Positions 11,251 to 24,208 of a stretch of DNA of 64,000 nt are shown here, piece after piece. Each line of letters starts with the position of its first letter. Positions within the stretch are counted from its first letter, which is position 1. Location of the stretch: assembly GCA_964057225.1 (NCBI GenBank), contig OZ059896.1:11222001-11286000 (forward strand). Direction: 5' to 3'. Under the pieces are notes generated by a model that saw nothing but the letters and a program-made list of their open reading frames with translations, did no database searches and had not been told where the DNA came from. The stretch is from Auanema rhodensis. Taxonomy: Eukaryota > Animalia > Nematoda. The translations under genes were made by a program, and so were the position numbers.

Positions 11251-14200
11251 CTATTGAAAAATACGGTCCAGTATGTTATTGTCAGCATATACTGGGTGAG
11301 TAATGTCTAATCCATATACCTGTAATTGATATTTAGTTTGTGACGAACCGTTAATGTTTTATAACTATTTTCTCCAAAGATAAGAAGTTATTTACCTGAG
11401 ACTGAGCTCTTGTAATGGCTTCTGTGGCATTGTTGTTTCCGGACCAACTGCGACGTGCTATTCCATTGCAAACATCCCAGTTTAGCATTGATTCTGCTCT
11501 ACATTGAGCTTGCTACAAACAAAGAACATTTTTGGCATAGTTTATATAAGTTTTAGCATTTTTTAGCTTTAAAAATAAATTATATTTTGTTTCTTGAAAC
11601 CATATATATGTAAGATTTTTTTTACCATCCGTTTGACGAATTTTTTACCTTCATTTTCGCTGTATATCTTAAAAAGCTTTTATCTCTCTAGGGTATTAGT
11701 TTGTAACGCCTGAACGACTCAGAGATAACAGCGTATCTATCTTTCTTTTTCTTGATAGATAACGACAGTATTAAGTACTGTTAAATTATTGCGATGTAAT
11801 GTTGAAACAATGAAAAAAAGGTTACCTCGGTACCATCCAATAGCATACCAAAACCTCCGTTGATGACATCTCCCCATCCTACTCCACCACCATTATGGAT
11901 GGAAACCCAAGTAGCACCACGGAAGGAATCTCCTAGAAAAACAAAAAAAATTTCCTTATGGTTAGTTCTGCTTTCATTCCCCTTTCCTTCCTCTTCATAT
12001 TTCTATTTCATTCCTCTAAAATATCCCTTTTCTTTCCCCGTCTCTCTTTTCTTCCTTCCCTCTTCTGGTCTGTGTATAGGCATGTGTGAGTGTGTATGTA
12101 ATGCTGTCTTGTCTGGTGCTAAGAATGAATGAAAACAATGATCTTCTAAGAGGGTGTCTTAGTTCTTACTAAAAAAGGATAGAAACAATGGCAACTAAAA
12201 GGTACATCGGTTAATCTTAAGCCTAGTAAAGTTTCTCTCTACCCAGGTAGAGGAAACAGTTAATAATCTATGATCTCATTTCATCAACATTATTGAAAAG
12301 CGTTTCAGCGGAATTTAAAAATTTAAGCTAAATTATAGCCAATATAGAGGTTCGCAACAGGAAATTATCCAGAATATATTCGCTGGACTTATCGAAATTA
12401 TAATTTACTTTGTGTTTCCGAGTGGAAATTAACCATTCGTCAGTGATTTCACCCAGGTTATTTATAGTTTTATCTTTATATTTTTTTTAATATCAGGCTC
12501 CCAAAGATGAATATAGTAAAATTCTACTACGGTATCAGTCTTATCTAATTTTATTTATTTTCCTGCTCATGACATGTTTTTAGTTTCTTTGTGTCTTTTA
12601 GTAAAAAAAAAACTTTTAGAAAACAAAAAGCACAAGAGCACAGAACGAATTGATTTGTTGTAACGTTCCATTTGAAGCTTTTATCTGGTTTAGTGAAAAG
12701 CTGAATAGAACAGGGGCAACGAATCATTTATTCAAAATTGTATGTTGTTTGAGAATAAATAGCTATTTGAAAGCTTAACCAGTTTAGTGAATTTTTTTCT
12801 TTCTTAATCTTCATTATAACTACCTAAAGTATTTTTTGTGGCTCACATGATAGGTTAGACTGACTAGGCTAGGGGATAAACCACGAACACATTATCGTTT
12901 TATATTGGATAGCATTTCTCTTTAAGTTAATTATGAAAAGAGCATCGAATTGCATAATTAAGATCTTCATTCTCTAGAGTTAAAACTGCTTTTGGTTTTT
13001 CGGGCCGGATCCAAATATATTAGGGATCCTAGAAACCTTCAACCATTTTTTTATTCTCAGATTTCTTTTTCAAGTATATATATATATGTATGTATATATG
13101 TGTATATATATATATATATATTTTGTAGTTAGCGTATTTATGTCTATCTTACTACCATCTCGAATAGGAAGAGATGAAGAGGAGTAGAGTAAGAAGTAAA
13201 GTCTTCGCGAGATAGTAGGATATAATACATATAAGACTAGAATTGAGAGAAAGATGTCCTGATGATAATGCAGGGATCAGGGTACGAGTTTGTTGACGAA
13301 AAGGACAACGAACAACAGATGACAATAAGGACGATGCCAGTTGATGTTGACAACATAGATGATGATCATCAGCCCTAGGTGTTTTATACCTTTTAAGATC
13401 TTTTAAATAGATGTTTGACCTTGCAAGAGAACACATAGCTGAGTATCATTCTTTGCGAACTATTTTCGATTTCATTATAAATTTCTATTGTCACAGCCGA
13501 ATCGATGTATTGCCTCTGAATGGCGTGTTGCTGTGTTCGGCTTATTGGCTCTTATTTCGTGCTCATTCTCTAAGGCAATGAGAAGACAGAGCTTTCGTTC
13601 TTTATACCAGGTTCAATACGAAGATAGGGAAAAGAAGAAAAGAAAACAAAAAAAAATAGAAAAAGAGGAGGACACGAAGGAAACGAGAGGAGAAGACAGA
13701 GATAAAGATGAGTGAAAAAGAAACAGAATAGCTATGAGACACAGAGTAACGATAGTTGCCATAGTATTACCTCTTTTATGTATTTTTGCATAATGCTCTT
13801 GAAAAGCTTAATCTATTTGTTTTTAACTTATCACTACTATCACTTCATGTCTAAAACGATAAAATACAGGGAAAACGTCTTCTAGCCCATATCAAATGGG
13901 CGAAAGGGATGTTTCATCTGCAAACTAACAAAACCGGCAAACACAACGGGTTTTATAGTATTTTGTTTTTTTTTGATAAAATGGAAATACTAAAGAAAAA
14001 ATATAAATGTGTTTCCAAAAAAAAGCACTCAAAAAAACTATTTTTTCCCCTGCAAATTAAAATAAAAAAGGGCACACGTACCAATTACGTTTTGTATTGC
14101 CATATCGGCACAAAAAGCGCTTCCATCTGTTATATTTGATGTTTCACGGAAAGGCGAATCCGTACCAGATACATCATGATGATCTCGTGAAAGCACAATT

Positions 14201-17200
14201 GGAGCCTGAAAATGCAAATTTAATTATCCTCTCCACGATTGGATGGAATCCCAATCCAAATTATGTCACAGAAGACGTGATTTTCTGTCTGCCACAAGAG
14301 CACACATTAAACATGCTTGTTCTTCGATGATTTTAGCAGGAAAGGCGAGAAAAAAATCTTCTTTATGTGTATGTAAATAAATATGTGTGGTAAATGATTT
14401 TGTAAACATACATATATGTATAGGAAACAATCTTTTTTTTTATGAATATGTATATATTGAAGATTGTTCCAGGACATAATATTTTCAAATAAAAAAAAAT
14501 TTAAATCTTATTGACACTAACATAACACTATTGTTTTAGTATCGATGTAAATTTTATAATTTTAATAAACATTTGAAAAATAAATATATATATGTACTCT
14601 TATTGGCTAAACAAGGAAGAAAAATATATTTCCAGAAGTTTAATATAGGAACCAAAAACATATACATATACATATACATGTATATATGAAATGAAAGCAA
14701 AAAAAAAGGGAAAAAAATTATTTTTTGCTTACGTCAGATCAGATTCAAAAATAGCCATTATTTTAATTCAAAAACCGAAAATCTTAAGTGATTTCAATCT
14801 TTCTTTTTTTAATAATTTTTTTATCGATATACTTATTTCTCATAAGAAAGATCTAAAACTTCAAATATAGCAGATAATGATGCTCGAGGAAAAATGCTTT
14901 GATATATGCATGCAGGGATCAAATAGCAGGCGAGAATAAATAAGAAAACTGCATGAAACGAATAAAACCAGCATGAAATAGAAAAAAACCTTATCTAAAT
15001 TTATATCTTGTTTTCATATAAATAATAATAATAATAAATAGACTATAATATAGAATTAAGACAAACTATTACGTGTCCGGTAATAGTTAATGAAGGTAAG
15101 AATAAATTTGATTTTCGTATGTTACATACAAGTAAATATAGTTGTTTTTAAAAAAGCTTATTGAACTTCAATATGCAAAAATAAAGAACTTGATGTGAGA
15201 AATAATATTGAACATAATAGCTTTTTAAATACAAAAAGCTTTTATAAATGTCAAACTATATATTAAAGAGTATTTTAATTTAATTTTGATTCACTGTTTC
15301 TATACATTCATTTCCTTTTAGCTTGAATTTTCTTAAATTAAAAAAGAAAGCTCAAATAATTGCTTACTGAAATATATCCATCCTTGATGGCTTTGTTGAA
15401 TGCTTGTGCAATTGCAATTCGCCCTGCACGATCAGAATACAAAATTCGAGCTTGAGTTCCAACAACCAATTGATTTTCTTCGGCTCCTTTGATCCAACGG
15501 CTATTATCTATATATTGTTGTCGAACAGATTCGGGAACTGAAAATACTTCGTATAACTATTATCTGATTATTAAATTGAGAATGAGATATGAAATATATT
15601 TATATTAAATATATAATATTATACAGACAAATTTTTTCGTTTTCATATTTATCTTGGGGGGAAAAACATGAAAATGACTTAACTACCTCATACATCATCT
15701 TTCGGGAACAAAAAAAACCTTGGTAGGTCTGGAATGCTTGATCTTTATCCTTTAAACTCACTCAAATTTGTTAACAATAGGCACTGCGGAAGAAGAAACA
15801 AGCTAAAGTAATTAGGTCTTACTCCCTTGTTGCTTTTACGCACAAAGCCGAGATCTTCCTCATACATTTCTTATAATCGTTATCTAGTTTTAGTTTCTAA
15901 ATTCAGCCCGAAAACTGCGTCATACTCGTACATTCTCAAAAACATCCTCAAATAGAAAAAAAGGAATAAGATACTAACACAAAAAAAATCTAAAAAACCT
16001 AGAAATATAAGAAAATATGTTTATGAAAGAGGATAGAATTCAATGGTTAATTTTAAAAACTAAAATTAGCTATTCAATCACCTTTTGTGATTTTTCCAGT
16101 ATCTTTACATGGAATAACTTTACTCTGATTAATTAAAATAATTTTTTATTTAAAACTTAATAAACTTAAAGCTCACTTTGGGTTTTAGAAAGTTGTTCAA
16201 TCACTTCGCACGCAATCTTATCCGTTTTTCGAAGATCGTCTGCTAAACCGGATGTACATACCCAGCGGAATGGACCAAAACCCATGGAAAATATATCTCT
16301 AAAACAAAATAGAAGATGGTATTAGAGGGATTCAAATTAATAAGTAAAAAATAAATTAATAGTAATCATATATAGTCAATACCCCATAATATCTTGCATA
16401 TAGGATGGATAACGGAATGATTTGTCATCCATTGCATTCTCTTTCAGCATAGGTACACCAGCTCTCTGACATTCAACCAAAAATGCATTTCCTAATAAGA
16501 AAATAAACTATTAATTAATAGGTAATACTAAAATACCGTAATCCCAGAAATACAGACCTCGTTTACTGAGTCTATCAATTGCAGATATATGACGGCGTAA
16601 GCTGCAAAACCGATTAATATAAGGTTAATAACATATAAATATTATTAAGATCACCTTTCTTGAACAAGTTCTTTAAATTGAACTGGGTTTGATGTCATCA
16701 TTTCATTTGATTGTTCCATACTCAATCCAGCTGGGTAATATCCTCCCAAATACGGATTGTGCAATGACGTTTGATCAGATCCTAAATCAACCAAATGATC
16801 AGGCTCCTCAGCGAGACGTTCCCTGAAATATTATTTCAGTAAATTTTAGAAAATTGATTGTCACTACCATAGATCAACCACATTTCCAAGGTAACCTATA
16901 CTTATAGTAGTTTTTTTGTTCTTATGCTCACGAATCCAAGAGATGATTTGATTCAAATCATCAGAATAAACATCCAGCCAGCCTTGTGAATATCTTTTAA
17001 GCAGTGCCTCTTTACTAATCTAAAACAAGACTCAGCCATCATACAGTAAACATGAGTCGGAAGAAGAACATATCAGCAGTACCACTTTTCTTTCAATATC
17101 TCAAGTGTGTATTGTTACCAACCTCGGCTATTACTCCGATGCAGCCAGCGATTCGAGCAGCCTTTGGCTGTGCTCCGCTCATACCTCCAAGCCCAGCAGT

Positions 17201-18681
17201 AACAAAGACAACCCCGTCCATAGTACTAAGCCCAAGATACTTCCTACCGGCATTCATTACAGTAATCTGTATTTGGTTAACTGTTTTTTAATTGCCAAAT
17301 AATAAAGCATACGGTTGTTCCGTGAACAATTCCTTGAGGTCCAATGTAACAGAAGCTACCAGCAGTCATTTGACCATATTGTGTAACTCCGAGAGCAAAC
17401 ATTTTGTCATACAAAGGTTTTGTTGAAAAGTTAGGTATAACCTGTGATTATTATCATAATTATAATCTAAGCAAACAAATACTACCATTCCATTGGTAAT
17501 TGTCATGCGTGGAGAATCCTCATGACTTGGGAAAAGTCCCATTGGATGCCCGGAATACATAACTAGCGTTTGATTTTTTGTCATTTTTAATAAAAATCTC
17601 AACGTTAATCGAAACTGAAATAATATTATTGTTAATTATATAATTATGAAATAATATTTATATCTCATATATGCTAGCTTTTTATGGTTTTTTGAATTTT
17701 ATTTTCAGATATATTCAAATTTCAGAACCTGTAGATGAGCATTAAGCTGTCTATTAGGTTCTATAAATATACAAAAAGTAATAATACAATATTATTATCG
17801 TCCTTCATGTATTTCAGATTATTTTCTTATTAACCAGTTTCGTTTAAGAAAATATTGGAAAATAATAATAAAATAGAAAATGTTTTTTTAATTAAACAAC
17901 ATCATGAACTTGAATATCTATTTCTGTACATTATCGGAATAGTTATCTACCATTTTGTCGTAAAAAAGCTGCCTGAACAACTTTCGCCGTAAATGCATGT
18001 GATCTCACTCATTTATTTTTATTTCCAATATCTACTTCAAAGAAGGAATTAAACGTCATAATGTGTTTGCTAGAAAGCTATTAAAAGGACTTTTAAACAT
18101 ATTTCCTATAGAAAATATTTTCCTTTCCAAATTAAAATTAATTACTTTTACAAAATTCTCTACTCTCTATGCAATACCTGAATCCAATTGCTGAATACTT
18201 GACCATTACCTCCATAGGTAACCAGCTCTTCTGGAAACTGTGCAACGGCAGGATCGAGATTATTCAAAATCATCAATATGATAGCTCCAGCTTGTTGGCA
18301 TTTAGCATTTATTTGATCAAGCCTTGGTGCCTTAAAAAACAATTGTTCCAAAGGCTTCTTTATTTTGTTTGAACCTTGAGACTAAAATTAGGCATGAAAC
18401 GATAAGCATGAATATGACCATATTCTTCAAGCTCATTCTTGAACTCGGCTGCCAAAATTTCATGGTGTTCAGATGGCACATAACGAAGAATATTGCGAAT
18501 AGCCAACTGAATTGGTAAAAAACATCATGCTGGATACTGAACTTTATAGTGAAACACTAACCTTTTTTTCTTGTTCATTCAGTGGACAGGGTCTCTTGGG
18601 AGCATGAGCAATACCTTTTGTGCGATTTTTAAAAGGAACCAGCGGCTTGAAAGGATCGATGAACAACAAGTCAATGTCCAT
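11251..18681 (-). CDS. UROC1: Urocanate hydratase (multi-exon; largest intron 11933-14081)
   Basis: Exons give ELVTYGGNGQVFSNWIQ, VVGTQARILYSDRAGR, LSRDHHDVSGTDSPFRETSNITDGSAFCADMA, GDSFRGATWVSIHNGGGVGWGDVINGGFG and WDVCNGIARRSW; ends ILDRIFQ*. Confidence 0.95.
13076..13121. repeat. (TA)n microsatellite with TG interruptions
   Basis: tatatatatatgtatgtatatatgtgtatatatatatatatata read directly. Confidence 0.9.
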
Positions 18682-19206
18682 TTTTAAGAACTGATTGAAA
18701 TATAACTGAGATAGATCTCAAGAATGACTATGATTTCGGGCAATTCTCTTTTTATTCTGCGTTTTATGAGGCATCGACCTGTTCGTCTATCAATGCAAAC
18801 AATCTCATTCTCATCTTACAATCAGTGGGCAACGCTCTTCAGGCCCAAAGTTGTAAAAACCAAGTTTACCATCTAATAGTTTTCTTTTCACGAAAAAAAT
18901 ACAGAGGAAAGATTTATGAAGCCAGGATCAGAACAATTAACGAACTCAGGAAGAAACCACCAAGCAAGGGACTAGTCCCGCTACATTATCACAATCTTAA
19001 ACAGTTATATCGACAGAACCGAGAAAAGCACAACTCATTTTCAGAGCAAAGCATAAGATAATAAGAATATAGGGGTCAATAATTAAAGTTAATAAATAAA
19101 AAGCGAGTGTGCATACGGATGAGAGATAGAAGAATGAATGCAGATGTTAACAGGTGATTGAGGCTACATCATAACCACAGTTTGAGTTAACAGGCTACAA
19201 CACTAA

Positions 19207-20937
19207 TTACTCATTATCCTCAAGACTAAGGTGAGTAATTTTGGAGAAATCGAACTCTGTAGTTGTTCCACGGTGGAAGATGTCCAAAACATCCTGAAGG
19301 AAACCAAATTGTTTAAACCAATAATAATAACACAATTAAACCTTGCAAGTAGTCTCGAAATGAGTTGTAGCATCATAAGAGGTGGAAATGAAGATTTGGG
19401 ATTCCCGTCCCAAATCGGTGGGCTCGTAAACGTCAGAAACGGAAATGAACCTATATTAATGAAATTACGACAAAACTAAGTATAAAACGTACTTCTCAGA
19501 GATAGTTCCAAGAAGTTGAAGTCCTGGAAGGATTTCAGCTTCTGGGTTAGATGTTTCAACGGTGGTGGAAACCATGGCTACATACCATCCCTTAGGAGTT
19601 ACCATGTTGGTATTGGAACAGCAAGAGATATAAATATCTGTAAATATTCAATTAATACAAATTTTATTTCATTTTTTTACCGAAATGTCTTCCAACTTGC
19701 TTCTGGGGAATAATGATTTGACATGATTGAGCATCATTAGTGCTAGGAATTGGGTGGTTCAGAAGACAGATAGCTCTGACGACTTGCCCAACCTTCTTTA
19801 CACGATCGGGAACGTAGGATGGATCACAGTAAACCTAGAAATATTAAAACTTAAAAACAAACAAGAAAGAAAAATAATACCTGCTTTCCTCTTACGATCT
19901 CTTCTCCGCATTTAACACCAACAACTTTTCCGTTTTCGATTTCGAGGCCATCAACTGGCTTATCAAGCATGTAAGTTCCACCATAAATAGCAGAGAGACG
20001 AGCGAATCCCTATGATTTAAACTAAATATTAGTTTAACTACTATCAATACCTGAGGAAGTTCTCCAAGTCCATACAATGGGTAAAGATATGGTGATTTTC
20101 CATAACGAGCAAGAGAGTCAGAATAAAGTCTAATTCTCTCAACAGTGGGTCCGAAATGCTGTTGCTTGTATCTTTAAAAAGTCAATATTTACTTGCGTTC
20201 GCTTTTCGAAAACTTACTCATCGTTACGATAGAGAGCAAGAGCATGACCAGTAAAATCAGCAGTGTTCTCATCAAGACCAAACTTCTCATATACTTGCTG
20301 CATAGTATTGACCTCAGGGTCAAGTCCTTGCCAAGTATCCTTGTTCAGGGGATCATAAGATTGAACCCAGACAAGGAACTTTTTGAAACGACGTTTCTCG
20401 AACATTCCCATCAAGCTAGTAGCGAGAGCTTCCATCTCATCAGCAGGAACTTTATGAATCTAAATAACTATGAATCAAGATCAACTAATAAAAATTAACA
20501 AACCTTTCCACCCTTGTAGACATAAGAGGCTTCAACAGACTTGAATTCGAGGTATCTGGTAACACCTGTATGAATCAACAGTTTTACCATAGATCCATTA
20601 GCCATAAGGAATTTAGGAATTAAATCAACATTCCAATCACGGCCACGGCCCATATCAGTGGGGGGCTTTGCGCTAGGTCCTACAATTTAAAAGTACTGGA
20701 CATCTTTAAAAATTAGCGAACCCATGAATTTTTCGTAAAGTTGCTCCAATGGAGTAAGTGAAGCAGATTCTCCTCCATAGTAATTATTTCTGTCGATATG
20801 AAGCACCTTCTTACCAGAAACGGAAAGCATTCCAGAAATGATGCATTCCTGAAAAGAACAAAAGCAATAAATACAAGAAAAAATAGAAATACCTTCAAGC
20901 CTGTGCCCAAAACGATAGCGTCGTATTCCTCATCCAT
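19207..20937 (-). CDS. gdi-1: Rab GDP-dissociation inhibitor
   Basis: [15 protein letters not shown]|[28 protein letters not shown]..., [38 protein letters not shown]. Confidence 0.97.
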
Positions 20938-21056
20938 TGCTAGTTCAAAGAAAACTAAGAATTTCAAATAAATTAAAATGATAACATTACAAGATAAGAA
21001 TTCAACCGCGAGTAAACGGAATATTATTTCTTAAAAAATATAAATATAAATTTTAT

Positions 21057-22906
21057 TTATCCAATTTTTTCAGCGACTAGCGCGTAATTTACAATACTAC
21101 TAGAAGTCCATATCCATTGATTTCCAATGATATCATATGTAAAACCACCAATTGATCTGAAAAACAAGAATTGTTGATTGATTGATAAACATTTGCACTT
21201 GCTTCACTCTACATCCATTGCGGTTGAGACAGACAGACAATTCATCAGGTGTTACGAATTTTTGCCATTCATGAACACCTTTGGGTACAATTTTCAAAAT
21301 GTCCTTTAAAAATTAATGATATTAAAAGGAAAAAAAAACTAGTTACCTCAGCCAACCAAATAGCAGCAGCTTTGCTCGCAAATGTACGGTTAATTGTTGT
21401 GAAGAAAAGCGACCCTCCAACTTTCGTCATTTCCGCGCAGGCTCCCACAAAAGAATCGATATCGGCAACATGTTCCAGAATTTCAGAAGCAATAACTGCA
21501 TCAAAACCTTAAATATAAATATAAAAATATGAATTTACAAAATAAAATTAAAGAGAAAGGGACGCAGACAGGCAGGATATATCGATGATGGCGCTGAGTT
21601 GGGTGGCGCGGGCACCAATTGAGCGGACACGGCGATCGATACAACAAAACAGCGAAAAAGGAGTGCATACACAAGACAGCGTAACCCAATTTATGACAGA
21701 AACGAAAATCTATTAATGAACGCTTTGTCATCTAGATCATCACAAGTTTTTCATAATATAAATTTCTTTGAATTGTATAATGAATTATTAAAAAAATAGT
21801 TGAATAGTAGTGACAGGCAAACATTAAAAAATAGTACGCGCACAACACACCAAATGTGTAAGCGTTCGCATAGTAGCTTGATTGGGGTGGATGGTTCGCG
21901 ACTAACAAATTACTTCTTTAGACATAATAATAAAATATCAAGCTGTAAATCAAATTGTTCGGAATGTGATCTGTATTTTAAAACTTCGTTTCTAATTCAC
22001 TCTTAAAACAGCTAAACAAATAAAAGCGCTTTTAGAGAAAATCGATTGATTATTGAAATATCTATTTTTCTTCTTCAACCAGCACATCGATCGAGTTAAT
22101 GCTACTGTTTCTGCAGAGACAATTCCACAAAAATGTTGAATAGAGCAAAATTAAATTTACGTTATGAACTATATCTTGCTACTTTCGAAGCAAAGAAATT
22201 AATCTATATATAAATATATGATATAATACTGTATGTGCGCTACAAGGATCATTAGAAATATAATAGATGAAGGCGCGTAATAATGCATGACCTACAATTT
22301 TGATCTATTTGGGAATGAAACAACGTATAAAGTAAGTAAACAAAGTTTTATACAATATAGTTCTGATCTCAGGAATGCTTTTCATATATAATATAGTGTA
22401 CTTACTATTTCTATTACTAACAGCGAACTCTTCAGCTGTACAACTATGATATTGTACGCGGTTGGAAATTCCTGAATATTTTAAGCTTGGTAGCTCTAGG
22501 GATTTCTTTGCAACTGCAATCTAAATTTGATGAATCTTATTTTTTGTACGATTAAGAATTGGATATACTCCGTCAGGGGCAGCGTCTATTCCAGTAACAT
22601 GGTGGCCACATCTAGCTAAAGGCACAGATAAAATACCACCGCCACAACCGACATCTAAAACACTGCTCTCTTTTCTCTGAAAGTTAAGAAATTCTCATGA
22701 ATACAATTGATAAATACCAGCTGGTTTTTTAAAATCCAAGGAACTCTTAGCTTATTCAAAGAATGCAGTGCTTTGAAAGGACCATCCTCATCTCCCCAGT
22801 GAGAAGCTAAATGACTAAAACGTTCAATTTCCGCCTTATCAACTGATGAAGAAATATTGCTTATTTGTATTTTATGAATAGCTCGCGCTAAGCGAAGAGT
22901 TTTCAT
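21057..22906 (-). CDS. coq-3: Ubiquinone biosynthesis O-methyltransferase (898-nt intron 21508-22405; GC-AG last intron 21157-21202)
   Basis: [39 protein letters not shown] motif [51 protein letters not shown]. Confidence 0.93.
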
Positions 22907-23067
22907 GCTATAATGGATTGTGTACGATAAACACTGGAACGTTTAAATAATTAAAGTGGCGAAAACCTGTATAACTCGAGACTACTCATGTTTTATTTCA
23001 GAATTCAAATACTGACAAAAATCTACAACTTCTTAACTGTTGCTAACTAAACACAAAAGGCTAGAAT

Positions 23068-23549
23068 TTATTCTTTTCCTCTAAGGAACTTGGAAAGGAA
23101 ATCTTTAGGCTTAGCTTCAACATTTTCACGGAACAAATAGTTGCGAACGTGGTCAGTGTTGTAAAAAGCATAACGGATCGAATATATATGCTGAAAAATT
23201 AATTTTGAGCAAAACTATTAGTGACAAAAATTACCTGTTTAGTTTCACCAACAAGTCTATCAACAACGCGAATGTCGGTCAAATGAGCATTTTTGGTGAA
23301 CTGTTGCTTAAGCACCGAACGAAAAACCCCTAAAGGCATATCCTGGAGCCCAAAATCCCACCAAAATTTAGGAGTCAAACGTTGACTACGATAATAAGTT
23401 TAAATAAATTTAAAAGGAAAAGAGACATACAGTTCCTTATACACTTGAAGAACAGAATGACGAGCTTGTTCTTTAGTTACTGATTGAACAGGAGCAACGG
23501 TGCGTGCGACTCCCGCACCTGCACGAACAATTTTTCCACTGGCAGACAT
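23068..23549 (-). CDS. nuo-3: Complex I subunit NDUFA6 (LYR family)
   Basis: MSASGKIVRAGAGVARTVAPVQSVTKEQARHSVLQVYKEL|QRLTPKFWWDF...HLTDIRVVDRLV...PKDFLSKFLRGKE*. Confidence 0.92.
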
Positions 23550-23950
23550 TACGACAAAGTATCACCACGAGTCACCTAAAAATAGCATTATTATTTTAAT
23601 TTTATTGTGATTTGAATAAACTTTACCTTAGCTTCTAGAAATTCAACCTTTCTTTCAAGAAGGCTTAGTTTATCAGAGAGCGTTGAAATCTTGCTACGGC
23701 AAGATAATTCTAAAATTCAAGTTATAGACAAGTGTGGAATCAGAAATTATACCAAAACTGGACAAAAAGTTTGAGATGCTCTTTATGTTATCAGCAATTA
23801 TCTGAAGAATAATATATAAATACAATTTCTTTCTTATTTATAACATGAAAATTTGTTTCCAGAGCAAAACTTATTACAAACCTGAACGTATTCTCTATTG
23901 TCCCAATCGTCCCGAAGCTGCCTCTGAACAGTTCCTACTCCAGGGTGCAT
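23549..23950 (-). CDS. brk-1: BRICK1/HSPC300, WAVE complex subunit (4 coding exons; stop overlaps nuo-3 ATG)
   Basis: MHPGVGTVQRQLRDDWDNREYVQ|IIADNIKSISNFLSSFE|LSCRSKISTLSDKLSLLERKVEFLEAK|VTRGDTLS*; the DWxNREY, SCRSK and LEA-x-V motifs are those of BRICK1. Confidence 0.92.
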
Positions 23951-24009
23951 CCACCTTAAATTTTTATCATTCAATAATACTTTACATTTTATTTTTTTTG
24001 TAATCTTAC

Positions 24010-24090
24010 CAGGTAGAGGAAACTTGTGATAGCGACAGCGAGCGCGTTTTCTGAAGGAGTCATGTCAGCGCTTGAGTCGTTCGTGTCAGG
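24010..24090 (-). promoter_or_regulatory. Putative promoter and non-coding first exon of brk-1
   Basis: GC-rich patch (AGCGAGCGCG, GAGTCA) followed on the minus strand by a CTG|GTAAGA donor ~55 nt before the brk-1 acceptor. Confidence 0.4.
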
Positions 24091-24208
24091 ACCAATTTTT
24101 AAACAAAATAATAACTATTAAGATATTTATTGTTAACAATAGCATTAAAATATAATACGATAACCGTGAAATATGACATAAAGAATTTCATAAATAAAAT
24201 AATAATAA

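Noticed and set aside
17052-21512. Plus-strand ORFs opposite urocanase, gdi-1 and coq-3 (similar ones lie opposite smc-1 and mars-1)
   Set aside because: Antisense shadows of conserved coding exons.
23900-23906. UGGGA (calicivirus TURBS-like motif) in brk-1
   Set aside because: It encodes the conserved Trp-Asp and lies well over 100 nt upstream of the stop/start site, outside the usual TURBS range.
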